Assembly (NCBI GenBank): GCA_030765805.1 | Contig: JAVCDH010000091.1 | Coordinates: forward strand, 19,047 to 83,046 | DNA length: 64,000 nt | Source of the DNA: Candidatus Euphemobacter frigidus | Lineage (GTDB): Bacteria; Auribacterota; Erginobacteria; Erginobacterales; Erginobacteraceae | Direction of reading: 5' to 3' | Part shown: one piece after another, positions 46,307 through 56,674 of the stretch | Layout: the number at the start of each line of letters is the position of its first letter | How positions within the stretch are numbered: position 1 is the first letter of the stretch | Notes under the pieces: generated by a model | Databases searched by the model: none | What the model was told of the DNA's origin: nothing | What the model saw: only the letters and a program-made list of their open reading frames with translations | Made by a program: the position numbers and the translations under genes

Positions 46307-47728
46307 TTAAAACGCTCCCTCCCCCCGGATAACCACCCATATCGTCCTCAGGATGATCTTGATGTCCAGCCAGAAGGACCAGTTCTCGATATAGAAGAGG
46401 TCAAGCTTCATCCACTCTCGGAAAGAGAGGTTGCTCCGCCCCCTGACCTGCCAGAGGCAGGTCAGCCCCGGCCGGATCTCCAGCCGCTTGAGCTGCCAGT
46501 TGGCATACTGCTCCACCTCGTTGGGAGTGGGAGGCCGGGGCCCGACCAGACTCATGTCTCCTTTCAGAACGTTCCAGAGCTGGGGAAGTTCGTCCAGACT
46601 GTAGCGCCGGAGGAATCTCCCCACCCGGCTTATGCGGGGATCGTTCTTGACCTTGAATATCGGACCGTCGGTCTCATCCAGATGCCGGAGCATTTCCAGC
46701 ATCTTGTCGGCGTCCTTGACCATCGTTCGGTACTTATAGAAGTTGAAGATTTTCCCCTTCTTCCCGTTGCGCTTCGATATATAAAAGATCGGACCCGGAG
46801 AGTCCATCTTGATGGACAGTGCTATCCCGAGCATGAGGGGGGTGAGTACGATCAGGGATAGAGCCGAGACCACGATATCGAATGCCCTCTTCAGGAGCAG
46901 GTCGGCGCCGTGGAGCCCCTTGTTGTAGTATTCCAACAACGGGATCATTCCCAGGTGACCGGCCCGGATCCCCTCCATCCCCAGGCTCAAAAGGTCCGGG
47001 ACCACCCGGATACTCTTCTCCAGCTTCCGGGCGGAGAGAATCAGGCGGGCGACCAAACGCCGTTCGGAGGGGATAGAGATCAGTATATCGTCCACGAACT
47101 CTCTCCGGACCACCTCTTCAAAATCGCCGCACGGGCCCAGGATCTGATGACCATCCACCTCCCCGGTCAGCTGATCGTCCAGAAAACCAACCACCTCCAA
47201 CCCCAGGTACCGGTTTCGCGCTATCTCCCGGGCCAGGGCCCGACCGACCTTACCCGCCCCGATGATCAGAACGTGCTGGTTGTTAAACCCCCGGGCGACC
47301 CGTCGCCGGACCAGATACCGCTTCAAAGTCCTCCAACCAGCCAGTATAATAAATAAGGAAACAGCCTGAATAATAAAAACTTCCCGGGAGAATATTTTCA
47401 CTTGAAAGAAAAATACCGCACCGGCCGCCGGGAGAATGGCGAGAATTAGTGCTTTAGCAATTAAAACCGCCTCATCAAGATAAGCTATTGTACGGTCAGT
47501 GGTATAAAGGCCGTATATTTTGAAGACAAGAAGAATAAGTACCCCCCAGAAAAGAAAAACCAGAGAGTGGTACCCCAGTTCAGGCAGAAAAATCGCTTCC
47601 TTGCTTCCCGTCTGGAAGAGGCGGCAGAAAACGCCGTGGTTATACTTGAGGAGATAAGGAATATAGAGACAACCGATGATTAGAATGACATCGATCAACA
47701 TATATAATATCTGAACTCTAGATTTCAA
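46307..47728 (-). CDS. undecaprenyl-phosphate hexose-1-phosphate transferase (WbaP/PssY-type polyprenyl glycosylphosphotransferase, initiating enzyme)
   Basis: N-terminal TM helices plus Rossmann-like region, C-terminal bacterial sugar-transferase domain (RAFDIVVSALSLIVLTPLMLGIALSIKMDSPGPIFY, DELPQLWNVLKGDMSLVGPRP). Start is either the TTG at 47728 or the ATG at 47701. Confidence 0.85.
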   Translation of the reverse strand: MKSRVQILYMLIDVILIIGCLYIPYLLKYNHGVFCRLFQTGSKEAIFLPELGYHSLVFLFWGVLILLVFKIYGLYTTDRTIAYLDEAVLIAKALILAILPAAGAVFFFQVKIFSREVFIIQAVSLFIILAGWRTLKRYLVRRRVARGFNNQHVLIIGAGKVGRALAREIARNRYLGLEVVGFLDDQLTGEVDGHQILGPCGDFEEVVRREFVDDILISIPSERRLVARLILSARKLEKSIRVVPDLLSLGMEGIRAGHLGMIPLLEYYNKGLHGADLLLKRAFDIVVSALSLIVLTPLMLGIALSIKMDSPGPIFYISKRNGKKGKIFNFYKYRTMVKDADKMLEMLRHLDETDGPIFKVKNDPRISRVGRFLRRYSLDELPQLWNVLKGDMSLVGPRPPTPNEVEQYANWQLKRLEIRPGLTCLWQVRGRSNLSFREWMKLDLFYIENWSFWLDIKIILRTIWVVIRGEGAF

Positions 47729-47757
47729 GGCTTCCTTCCCCGGGCCAAAGCATTCTT

Positions 47758-49449
47758 TTACTTACAAAATGACGGCAGTTCTTCCTTAGCTTTCAAAAAC
47801 ACAAATGAATCAATATATAAACTTCCTCCATGCGGATAAACATATTTAAACTTGACTGATTTAGGTCTGATCAAACCAGGAAACTGAAAACAAGAAAAAT
47901 AACGGCAAGCATTATAACTGTCCCCCTGATATTGTATAACCCGTTTATCAAATATCGAGGCCGCATGATGGTGCCGCTGCTCTTCCGGAACAACCTCCAG
48001 ATGTTGATCGGAAGTGTCTAAACCCGCCTTCAGGGAGAAGACGTACCTATCACCGGATACAGAATCTACCTGAATTTCGGCTACTGATTCTCCCTGGAAA
48101 AAGGAAAGCCCATAACGAGTATAGGAAACAATTCCCAAACCCGAGGCTATAATGGAATCCTCCACATCTATTGTTAACTCGGCGTTCCCGGCCAGGACAA
48201 ACTGTTTATTTATGGCTAAAATATTTTCTCCGAAAATAGTGGTTAACCGATCACTTTGAGTAAATCCTTCTCTTACCCGAGACTTGATTTGGATTGATTG
48301 AATATTTAACCAACAATCCTTGGAACCGATGATTCTCAAAAGCCGATTGTCAGATCTCGAAAAAGCTACCTGGAGATTGTACTTGGTGGGATGCATATCC
48401 CAGGGCAGATCGCGGCAAATTTTCAATTTAACCACTTCGCCCAGGCCTACCTGATCCGGCAAGTTTATTTCTTCCATGATGCTATGGCCGGAGGAAGAAA
48501 TCAATCTTATCATTGCTTTAATCTGGTTGTCTTGAGTAGTGGACCTGGTTGAATATAGCGTAACCCTGAATTGACTATCTTCCGTCCAATTGTTTCTGAC
48601 AAGATCATACCCTCGCAATGATATTTCATTGCTGAAATTGACCGAAGTTTTATACCGCGGGATCAAAGCTCCGGCCTTAACCCGGGCCTGATTTGCTCTG
48701 GATATAGCACCTTTTTGAAGGTATATTCTTTCCAGAGCTTGCCAGCCTCCCAGATGAACCGGTGATTCTTCCACCAGTTTCTCGTAATATGCCTGGGCCC
48801 GCACCAGTTCCCCCAATTTTTCACAGGCCCGGGCTAAATAAAACCGGGTATCTAATCGCGGAGAGTTGTTTTGCAGTGCCTTTTGCAACCGGGATTCAGC
48901 CTCATTATACTTCCCCAGTTGATAGAGGGCTCTCCCCCACCAATAATAGGCCTGGTCCGGGTTTTTTCCTTCCCTCGCTAAATCCTCCGCGATTACAGCT
49001 ACTTTTGACCATTCGTTCCAGTTCTGAAAATATTGAAGCAACTCCTGGCCCAATCTCTGATCACAGCCCGATTTCAGATATGCATTGAATAAAACACGGC
49101 TTACTTGACTTCTGAAACCCAATTTTTCGAGCTCTTTCCCAACTCGAAACAAGTCCCCGGGATCCAGATTAAACCATACCCGGTAATAATTGGGTCGATG
49201 CCAGGCAGCCAGAGCTAATTCATGCTGAGAGGCTTCCAGTTGATCATTTTGCTCTAAATAAACTGATTTGGTGTAATGCCAACCAAATCCGAAATAATCA
49301 TAGATAAACTCAAAAGGATGGGGTAAACCGGTCCTTAGTAACGGTGGTTGGTATGTCAAATAACTGATAAGAAGAATTGCTCCTAGGGCGACAATCAACA
49401 GGAAAAAAATATATCTTCTCCTACCCAGCTTTTTTTCCCGTGATTTCAT
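47758..49449 (-). CDS. membrane-anchored TPR-like protein (hypothetical), first gene of the low-GC island
   Basis: Probable start MKSREKKLG... (ATG near 49449) with an N-terminal TM anchor. TPR-like stretch AYYWWGRALYQLGKYNEAESRLQKAL...FYLARACEKLGELVRAQAYYEKL. Beta-rich C-terminal half. Confidence 0.45.
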   Translation of the reverse strand: MKSREKKLGRRRYIFFLLIVALGAILLISYLTYQPPLLRTGLPHPFEFIYDYFGFGWHYTKSVYLEQNDQLEASQHELALAAWHRPNYYRVWFNLDPGDLFRVGKELEKLGFRSQVSRVLFNAYLKSGCDQRLGQELLQYFQNWNEWSKVAVIAEDLAREGKNPDQAYYWWGRALYQLGKYNEAESRLQKALQNNSPRLDTRFYLARACEKLGELVRAQAYYEKLVEESPVHLGGWQALERIYLQKGAISRANQARVKAGALIPRYKTSVNFSNEISLRGYDLVRNNWTEDSQFRVTLYSTRSTTQDNQIKAMIRLISSSGHSIMEEINLPDQVGLGEVVKLKICRDLPWDMHPTKYNLQVAFSRSDNRLLRIIGSKDCWLNIQSIQIKSRVREGFTQSDRLTTIFGENILAINKQFVLAGNAELTIDVEDSIIASGLGIVSYTRYGLSFFQGESVAEIQVDSVSGDRYVFSLKAGLDTSDQHLEVVPEEQRHHHAASIFDKRVIQYQGDSYNACRYFSCFQFPGLIRPKSVKFKYVYPHGGSLYIDSFVFLKAKEELPSFCK

Positions 49450-50470
49450 ATCGCCCTTCAGAACATATATTGCAAATAGAAATACTTCTCCTGTTTTTTC
49501 TGATTTGTTTCCTGAACATTTGATACTTATTATTTTTCCATATAGAACCCAAGTTCTCTTCAAACACATTGCCCATAATATAACGGGAATAAAGGTCGTA
49601 GCAGCAGGGAATGACACTCCCATCTGAATTGATTACTGTCCGCTGATATACCCATTTGCAATAGTTCTTGATTTTTCCTTTGAGAGTATAGGTTCCATCC
49701 GGCTTCAACCGGTAACGACTCAAGGATAAATCAGTTGGCAAAAATTTTTCCGCCTGTTTCTGAAATTCAGGATCATTGGCATCGATACCCGCTGTTTTTT
49801 CGGAGTATATATCTATCCCTAATTGGTGGGATAAATTTTTTATATGACTTCGCTGATGCTCATTCTGTTTCATTATTATAAACTGCAACTCAAGAACCGG
49901 GGTTTTTGTCTTTAATTTCCGCTTAGCTGCAACTATCAATTGTATGCCCTTGATAATCTTCTCAAAATTGCTATTCTTCCTGTAAATGCTTAATGTCTCT
50001 TGATCAGCCCCATCCAGACAAATAATCAAGTGATGAAGTCCACTCTTAACAACCCTGATTGCGAAATCTGAAGAATCAAAGAACTCACCGTTGGTGCTGG
50101 TTACTACATATATCCCAGAAGAAGTGGCGTATTTTATCATTCTCAGACACTCGGGGTTGATAAAAGGTTCCCCATAATTCCAGAGTACAATATTTTCAAT
50201 GTATTTACGGGATTGATCAACTATATGTTTAAACTCCTGAAATTTCAATAAACGGGGAGGACGGTTAAGTTTGCCCGCTCCGGTTGGACAGGTGGGACAT
50301 TGCAAATTGCAAATATTGGCGGGCTCTATCATTAAAGATATGGGAAACGGAGGAAGAAGATGCTTGAATCCCGCTATTCTCAATAACTGATATAATACCA
50401 CCATAATCTTACCTTGCTTGATCTGGCTCAAGGCTCTTTTAAATAATAATAATTTGATCCTTTTAGACAT
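49421..50470 (-). CDS. radical SAM enzyme with C-terminal SPASM/twitch-like Cys cluster
   Basis: CxxxCxxC = CNLQCPTCP near the N-terminus. C-terminal CCYDLY...CNICSEG. ATG at 50470 or 50494. Confidence 0.8.
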   Translation of the reverse strand: MSKRIKLLLFKRALSQIKQGKIMVVLYQLLRIAGFKHLLPPFPISLMIEPANICNLQCPTCPTGAGKLNRPPRLLKFQEFKHIVDQSRKYIENIVLWNYGEPFINPECLRMIKYATSSGIYVVTSTNGEFFDSSDFAIRVVKSGLHHLIICLDGADQETLSIYRKNSNFEKIIKGIQLIVAAKRKLKTKTPVLELQFIIMKQNEHQRSHIKNLSHQLGIDIYSEKTAGIDANDPEFQKQAEKFLPTDLSLSRYRLKPDGTYTLKGKIKNYCKWVYQRTVINSDGSVIPCCYDLYSRYIMGNVFEENLGSIWKNNKYQMFRKQIRKNRRSISICNICSEGRYEITGKKAG

Positions 50471-51551
50471 TTTTAAATAGCCTTTCGTAGGCATCAGTTA
50501 CCTTATCCCAGGTATAATATTTCGCGATTCTTTCCTTGGCTTTTTCTCCATATTCTTTAACTATAGAAGGGTTATCAATAAGATATTGCAACTTTGTTTT
50601 CAGGTCATTTTTATCTTTTAACCGGAACAGCATGCAAGCAGAACCGGCAGTCTCCCGGTTCTGCGGATTATCGCTGACCAACACGCATTTCCCATAGCCC
50701 ATTGCCTCCAATAATGCTGGATGAGTTCCTCCTACCTCACTGGCGCGAACACTGAAATAGCAGTCGTCAAGAAGCTGGCGGTAATCTTCCCCATAGATAG
50801 CCCCTAAGAACAAAATCCGATTATCCTGGATCTCTTTCAATTTATCTATATACTTTTTCCCATACGGCGCATCCCCAAGAAAAACTAGTTTAAGATCGGT
50901 TTTCAAATTGATAAATGCTTTCTGAACCAGGTGCGCGTTATTTTCCGGTTCCAGGCGTCCAACAAAAAGTATATATCGATTTTTTTCCAGCTTGTATTTG
51001 TTTACTTTACCATCCCGGACCACTTCTCCCAGATCGCCTCCGTAAGCGATGTATGTTGATGCTTTGTTGTACCGGTCTCGGTAATACTTCTGAATGAATA
51101 AAGAATCGGAAACAATAGCATCAGGTAAAAAAGTGACCAACCATTCCGATATCATATATACCAATTTGCCCAGTCGATTCCATTTTTTTCGCTGCCTCTC
51201 CAGACCATCCACGTTTATAATCACTTTCTGTCCTCGTAATCTGGGAATAAAACTGCACAAAGCATTTACTCCATTACAAATTAAAACAATCTGATAATCA
51301 TGAAACAGACAATGAAATATTGAAATAAATGTATGAACGACCGTATCCAGATATTTATGCTTGATCGTAGGAAGAACTATTAACCGAACTCCCTTATATT
51401 CCTTGAGACGGCTGGAGATATAATGAGAACGGCAATAAACAGTGACCTGATGCCCCCGATCTACCAGCCGAACAGCCAGCTGTTCGGCGAAAGTTTCAAA
51501 TCCCCCATAATTAGACGGGATTCCTCTAGTTCCCAGAATTGCTATTTTCAT
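50463..51551 (-). CDS. glycosyltransferase family 4 (DUF1972-type N-terminus)
   Basis: MKIAILGTRGIPSNYGGFETFAEQLAVRLVDRGHQVTVYCRS; C-terminal LEAMGYGKCVLVSD. Confidence 0.8.
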   Translation of the reverse strand: MKIAILGTRGIPSNYGGFETFAEQLAVRLVDRGHQVTVYCRSHYISSRLKEYKGVRLIVLPTIKHKYLDTVVHTFISIFHCLFHDYQIVLICNGVNALCSFIPRLRGQKVIINVDGLERQRKKWNRLGKLVYMISEWLVTFLPDAIVSDSLFIQKYYRDRYNKASTYIAYGGDLGEVVRDGKVNKYKLEKNRYILFVGRLEPENNAHLVQKAFINLKTDLKLVFLGDAPYGKKYIDKLKEIQDNRILFLGAIYGEDYRQLLDDCYFSVRASEVGGTHPALLEAMGYGKCVLVSDNPQNRETAGSACMLFRLKDKNDLKTKLQYLIDNPSIVKEYGEKAKERIAKYYTWDKVTDAYERLFKNV

Positions 51552-52764
51552 CTTTTTTTAATGCACCGAAAATAAGATCTATCATTAACTCCGCCTTGTT
51601 TTTCCAAGAGCAGTTCTCCGGCAGTTGTTCTCTTAATCTGTCAGGCGATAATCTTTTGGTTTCAATCAGTTGCAGATATTTTTTGATTCCAGCTAAAAAT
51701 TTTTCGGAATCGGAAGCTATCTGTATAACATCTTGGAATTTTTTTGCCCCGGTAATATTACTGGTAACCACCGGCTTTCCGGCAGCCAGATACTCATACA
51801 TTTTTAAAGAATCCCCTTTAATAACATATTTATCTTCATAATGAGGTATAATTCCAATATCGAAATTAGCCAGATAGAAAGGCAATAAACTATATGGTTT
51901 ATCGCCCAAATAATAAAAATTGGGTAATTTAAATAGTGGAACTATCCATTTTTGATTAATTGCCTGCCCAATAAAAACGAAACTAACGTGCTTTAATTTG
52001 CGGCAAAGAAAGGAAATTAATTCGATATTAAGCCGTTTGCTCATTTTTCCCACATAACCAACAACCGGTTTTTTAATAGCTTTCATATCTTCCGGCAATG
52101 GGGAAGAATCAAGCTGGAAAAAGTCTTTATCTACACCGTTGTTAATTAGGACCGGCTTATCTTTATTCCGGGTTAAGAAATCTTTCATCGGTTCCGAATT
52201 TACAAAGATTAAATCAGCCCGTTCTTTGATTGTTGTATAACCTTTTTTTATAAACTCTCGCCGATCTCTGATTTCCGGGTGAAGAAGCCAATTATCAATG
52301 GCGTCGAAAACAATTAATTTTTCCCCTAATTGTCCGATCACCGGTGTTGCCATCGGGGTCCATAGGAACAGGATTGGAGATACCATATCCAGTTCTTTCA
52401 TAGCTCTTTTTGCTATAGAAAGAATTGACTTGCGGGTAAAGATAAAATGCCACCAATCCCTTCCCATAAAAACAGGTGATAATATACGGGGTGAAAATAT
52501 ATCCAGAACATAGGTTTTTGTAGCGACTTTCCCCAATCTAGAAAAGAAACCAATTTTCCTGGAACTAAGAACGTTCTTCACTTTCCAAGATTTTTTTTTC
52601 AATACCATTTCCGGCAAACTAGTGGGACGGTTAATTACTAATATTTTACCTGTCCGGGCACTCTTCTCAAATGCCTTCATCAGGTGACCATCCCGAGTTC
52701 GAAAGCTTTCTTCCTCACCTTTCTTCCAATCATGCATGGGAAAAATAATAAGATCGATCTTCAC
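51526..52764 (-). CDS. glycosyltransferase (GT-B, family 1/4-like)
   Basis: C-terminal EX7E-like MYEYLAAGKPVVTSN. GTG start at 52764, with an alternative ATG at 52737. Confidence 0.65.
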   Translation of the reverse strand: MKIDLIIFPMHDWKKGEEESFRTRDGHLMKAFEKSARTGKILVINRPTSLPEMVLKKKSWKVKNVLSSRKIGFFSRLGKVATKTYVLDIFSPRILSPVFMGRDWWHFIFTRKSILSIAKRAMKELDMVSPILFLWTPMATPVIGQLGEKLIVFDAIDNWLLHPEIRDRREFIKKGYTTIKERADLIFVNSEPMKDFLTRNKDKPVLINNGVDKDFFQLDSSPLPEDMKAIKKPVVGYVGKMSKRLNIELISFLCRKLKHVSFVFIGQAINQKWIVPLFKLPNFYYLGDKPYSLLPFYLANFDIGIIPHYEDKYVIKGDSLKMYEYLAAGKPVVTSNITGAKKFQDVIQIASDSEKFLAGIKKYLQLIETKRLSPDRLREQLPENCSWKNKAELMIDLIFGALKKDENSNSGN

Positions 52765-52784
52765 AATAAAACTATCCTTTATCC

Positions 52785-54230
52785 TTATATTCCTGTGCCG
52801 GCCCTATCTTGAGATGTGGAATAAATCCTAATGAAAGCACCCATAAAAAACCAGATAATAAAGCTGATGGGGAAAGCCTCTATAGCAGATCCAACCATTC
52901 CGTTAATTAGAATTACTCCCACCATGGATATGGAGAGGGCTGATAAATTTTGGATACGGATTTCCCGAAAGTGCAAGGCGCGATAGGCTATTCCCAGCCA
53001 GCCGAAAAAAAACACACAATAAAAAAATAATCCCGGAATACCTGTTTCCATTAAAATTTTTAGGGCTAAATTATGACTGGTATAATGCAATGGAAAATCA
53101 TAGATATACTGTAATGTATCGCCCGCGCTCCCCATACCATAACCTCTAATTGGTTGCTTTTGAACAGCCTGTATAATACCTTGCCATCCCTCAATCCGAT
53201 TTAAGAACCTCCGATCTTCTTTTAGGGCAACCAATGAAGTTATTGATCGGGATAGAGGCTTGAGATTACTAGCGGAAATTACAATAACTATTGCAACTAA
53301 CAGGATAAACATCGCACTGTACTTAAATAATTTCTTTTTACTGTAACCCTTTCCGTAAGCAAGGTACAAAAACATAAAAACAACAACTGAGCCAACTAAA
53401 GCCACCAGATTTGTTCTACTCATAGCTAGTAGGGAACCCATTACCGGAAGAGGAATTAGAAAGATATAGTATCTTTTCTGAGTTTCCAAAAACAAATAAA
53501 TGAAGCATAAGACTATAAGAATACAGAGCATTGCATAGTGAAACGGCCCGGAAAAAAGACCTATTGGGCGGTTCCAGCCATAGATTGTATAGGTCCAAAT
53601 ATTGCTCCAGTTCAGATCAACCATTCGCTGATCAAACAGAGACATATGGAAAGCCTGCTTTATGCCGTAAAGAATGATGGGGAGCGAAAACCAGGTAAAA
53701 ATTTTAATCGCTTTTTGGAATTGTTCTGTAGTACGAATATAATGAAGGCCGATAAATACCCCTATCATATAAAATGATGTTTTTCTGAATCCTTCCAGGC
53801 CGGCGGTAAAGACCGGAACATTAGGATTAAATAATTGGAGTAAACTTATCCCAAGGAAAATCAATAGAGATGATTCTATTATCAAAGAATAAATGGGTAA
53901 TTTGCGTTTGATACAAGCTTCGATATAAATCTTCAAAAAGAGAAGCAAGATAAACAAATCTATACCCATCAATACATATCTGTTCCCGGTAAGGTACTTG
54001 AGTAGATTTCCGTAAAGAATAATTATAAAAAGGGGGAGAACCGGTGGATATCGGAATGGGCGAGAAAAAATAATGGTCATTAATAGTATTCCGGCAATCA
54101 GACCTATATTTACAATCGGCAAAAGAAAGCATGAAATTACTCCCACCGCAACCAGAACAGAAAAACATATTAAGGTATTCCGGTTTAAAAAAAGATTCTT
54201 TTGTTGTCTGGAATTTAGCATTGCCGACAT
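52785..54230 (-). CDS. O-antigen polymerase / ligase-family membrane protein (Wzy-like)
   Basis: At least 10 TM helices and Wzy_C-like loop GYGMGSAGD...HYTSHNLALKILMETGIPGLFFY. ATG at 54230 preferred over the TTG at 54251. Confidence 0.65.
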   Translation of the reverse strand: MSAMLNSRQQKNLFLNRNTLICFSVLVAVGVISCFLLPIVNIGLIAGILLMTIIFSRPFRYPPVLPLFIIILYGNLLKYLTGNRYVLMGIDLFILLLFLKIYIEACIKRKLPIYSLIIESSLLIFLGISLLQLFNPNVPVFTAGLEGFRKTSFYMIGVFIGLHYIRTTEQFQKAIKIFTWFSLPIILYGIKQAFHMSLFDQRMVDLNWSNIWTYTIYGWNRPIGLFSGPFHYAMLCILIVLCFIYLFLETQKRYYIFLIPLPVMGSLLAMSRTNLVALVGSVVVFMFLYLAYGKGYSKKKLFKYSAMFILLVAIVIVISASNLKPLSRSITSLVALKEDRRFLNRIEGWQGIIQAVQKQPIRGYGMGSAGDTLQYIYDFPLHYTSHNLALKILMETGIPGLFFYCVFFFGWLGIAYRALHFREIRIQNLSALSISMVGVILINGMVGSAIEAFPISFIIWFFMGAFIRIYSTSQDRAGTGI

Positions 54231-54916
54231 AGAAAAATAAACTGATAGCAATAGTATAATGGCAAAAAATGATCGATCAAGTTAAGCCCTATGGCCTTAG
54301 CCGTTTGTACGGGAGAAAGAGATAAAAACTTTCTTTCTTTTCCTTTATTAAACCAATTTTCCGAGTGAATCGCAGTAATCACCAGGCCTTCTTTTCTCAG
54401 GAGTTGTTTCCATTCCTCAAGAGAAAGCAGATGTTCATTGATTTCCTGTTGTTCAGTCCCGGAGAATCTTCTTAACTTAAAATATAAGAAGTTTCGATTG
54501 GGAACCATAATAAAGAAAAGAGCATCCTGTGCGGCCACGCGCTTTATATCCTGGAGACTTTTTTCCATATTGAGAAAATGTTCCAGCGTGCCGAGACAAA
54601 AAATATAATCGAAGTAATTATCCTTAAAAGGAAGATTCTCCCCCTGGCTAACTAAAAATACTGTTTCTGGGGAAACCACCTGAGCGATCTTGATTGCTTC
54701 TAATGATATATCAATCCCAAAAGTTATAAGCTTTCTCTGAATCGAAGCTTTAGCCATATGCCCGGTGCCACAGCCGATATCCAAGAGTTTCTGGCCGGGC
54801 TTTACCGGTAAATAATTAAGAAAATGCGGATAAGTGTGGTAAGGACGAAAAAGATCTTCTCCTGAGGTACGGTACTTATGATTATACCAATCTTTAATTT
54901 GTTTCACTGTTGTCAT
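54215..54916 (-). CDS. class I SAM-dependent methyltransferase
   Basis: Motif I LLDIGCGTGHMA; 233 aa. Confidence 0.8.
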   Translation of the reverse strand: MTTVKQIKDWYNHKYRTSGEDLFRPYHTYPHFLNYLPVKPGQKLLDIGCGTGHMAKASIQRKLITFGIDISLEAIKIAQVVSPETVFLVSQGENLPFKDNYFDYIFCLGTLEHFLNMEKSLQDIKRVAAQDALFFIMVPNRNFLYFKLRRFSGTEQQEINEHLLSLEEWKQLLRKEGLVITAIHSENWFNKGKERKFLSLSPVQTAKAIGLNLIDHFLPLYYCYQFIFLCRQC

Positions 54917-55004
54917 AATAAGAAGATTGCATTAACAACAAATTTAAGCTGTAATAATCTCATCCTCTACAAGCATTTTCATATATTAAATCGAGAATAC
55001 TAAT

Positions 55005-56564
55005 ATGCAAGCAGAAAAAAATCAGTCGGATAGTACTCAACTGCCAATTGAAACCCTGAGTAAAGTTGCTAAAAACGCAGGGAGCGGCGCCGGCGGGAAG
55101 CTTTTATTTTATTTATTCAACTACCTGGCAATCCTTCTCATCACCAGAGCAATAGGGGCTTCTAATTATGGATTGGTGGTCCTGGCTTATAGTATGGTTG
55201 TTGTGGTGGCAATGGCGGGTTCTCTTGGTTTAAATGAAGGAATTGTCCGTTATGGATCTTTTTACTATGGAAAAAGAGAACTAAAAAAAGTTAAAGGGAC
55301 TTTGATTAGTAGTCTCAGAGTAACTACATTAAGTAGCTTAATTCTAACAGTTTCCCTATTTTTTACCGCAAAATTCTGGGCAGTAAAACTATTTTCGAAA
55401 CCCGAACTCACTCCACTTCTAAAAATTTTTGCCTTAGCAATTATCCCCCTTGTTCTGGAAAGAGTTTTAACAGCCGGGTTGCAGGCCATCCAGCTGATCA
55501 AGTTCAGAATATTTATTGAATACATTATTCGCCCACTACTACTTTTTGTTTCTATCCTGATCCTGGTAGTAATATTTCCTTTGGGAATCAACGGAGTAAT
55601 CTCTTCTTATTTAATATCTATTTATCTAGGCTTCTTTTTAGCCATATATTATGCAATTAAATTCCTTCATTCTCTTTCAGAGCAGTCTTATTCTCCCATA
55701 CGGGAATATAGAAAGTTAATGTCCTTCTCCCTTCCCCTTATGGGGGTTGGTTTTTTAACACTTGTAATCGAGCGGATAGATATTTTCATGCTGGGTTATT
55801 TCAAATCAACCGGAGTAGTAGGCATTTACGGAGCAGCAGCTCGAGCAGCCTTTCTCGTCCTTTTACCATTCAACTCTTTTGCCATTATATTCCTTCCCCT
55901 TGTAGCTGCCTACCACGGACAGCAAAGAGATAAAAAAATTATTCTGCTTTTTAAAACAGTCACAAAAGAAATTACCACTTTCAGTCTGCCTCTCTGGCTA
56001 TTTTTTTGTCTTTTCTCACAAGAAATAATGATGTTTTTTGGGCGCGGATTTTCAACTGGTAGTTTATGCTTGTTAATTCTTTCATCAGGATGGATGTTCC
56101 AAAATTTTACCGGACCGGCAAACGGATTAATAATGATGACCGGCCATTCCCGAATCAATCTGATTAACTATATTATAATAATTGTCTTCAATTTTGTATT
56201 AAACTTATTCCTGATACCTAAATACGGCATTACCGGAGCTGCTTTAGCTACCGCCTGTTCAATGTTCCTAATAGGCCTGGTCAGAACAATTGAAGTATAC
56301 TTAATTTTCAAGACCCATGCTTACCGGAGAGATAGCTATAAACCTTTTCTGGCAATTATAATTGTCGGCATCATAATCTTTTTTCTCAAAGCGGGACTCG
56401 TAATGCTAAAAACCTCCATCTGGTTACAACTAATCTGCTGTTCTTTCGGATTGCTGACGGTTTACTTCAGCCTCTTGTTTCTCTTAAAATTGTCTTATGA
56501 TGATTTAATTATTATAGGCTTAATCAAGAAAAAAATTTCATCTCTCATTCCCGGTCATCGTTAG
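55005..56564 (+). CDS. polysaccharide/oligosaccharide flippase (Wzx, MOP superfamily)
   Basis: 519 aa, about 14 TM helices, typical MOP flippase topology. Confidence 0.75.
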   Translation: MQAEKNQSDSTQLPIETLSKVAKNAGSGAGGKLLFYLFNYLAILLITRAIGASNYGLVVLAYSMVVVVAMAGSLGLNEGIVRYGSFYYGKRELKKVKGTLISSLRVTTLSSLILTVSLFFTAKFWAVKLFSKPELTPLLKIFALAIIPLVLERVLTAGLQAIQLIKFRIFIEYIIRPLLLFVSILILVVIFPLGINGVISSYLISIYLGFFLAIYYAIKFLHSLSEQSYSPIREYRKLMSFSLPLMGVGFLTLVIERIDIFMLGYFKSTGVVGIYGAAARAAFLVLLPFNSFAIIFLPLVAAYHGQQRDKKIILLFKTVTKEITTFSLPLWLFFCLFSQEIMMFFGRGFSTGSLCLLILSSGWMFQNFTGPANGLIMMTGHSRINLINYIIIIVFNFVLNLFLIPKYGITGAALATACSMFLIGLVRTIEVYLIFKTHAYRRDSYKPFLAIIIVGIIIFFLKAGLVMLKTSIWLQLICCSFGLLTVYFSLLFLLKLSYDDLIIIGLIKKKISSLIPGHR

Positions 56565-56674
56565 CCTTTAATAATTTGTCTTCCCAAAAAATTTGACAAA
56601 TTATAAGCATTGTACTATTATTACCCGTTGATTATGATTAATTAAAATAATGTCGCATCAAGGTGAGTAAAATT

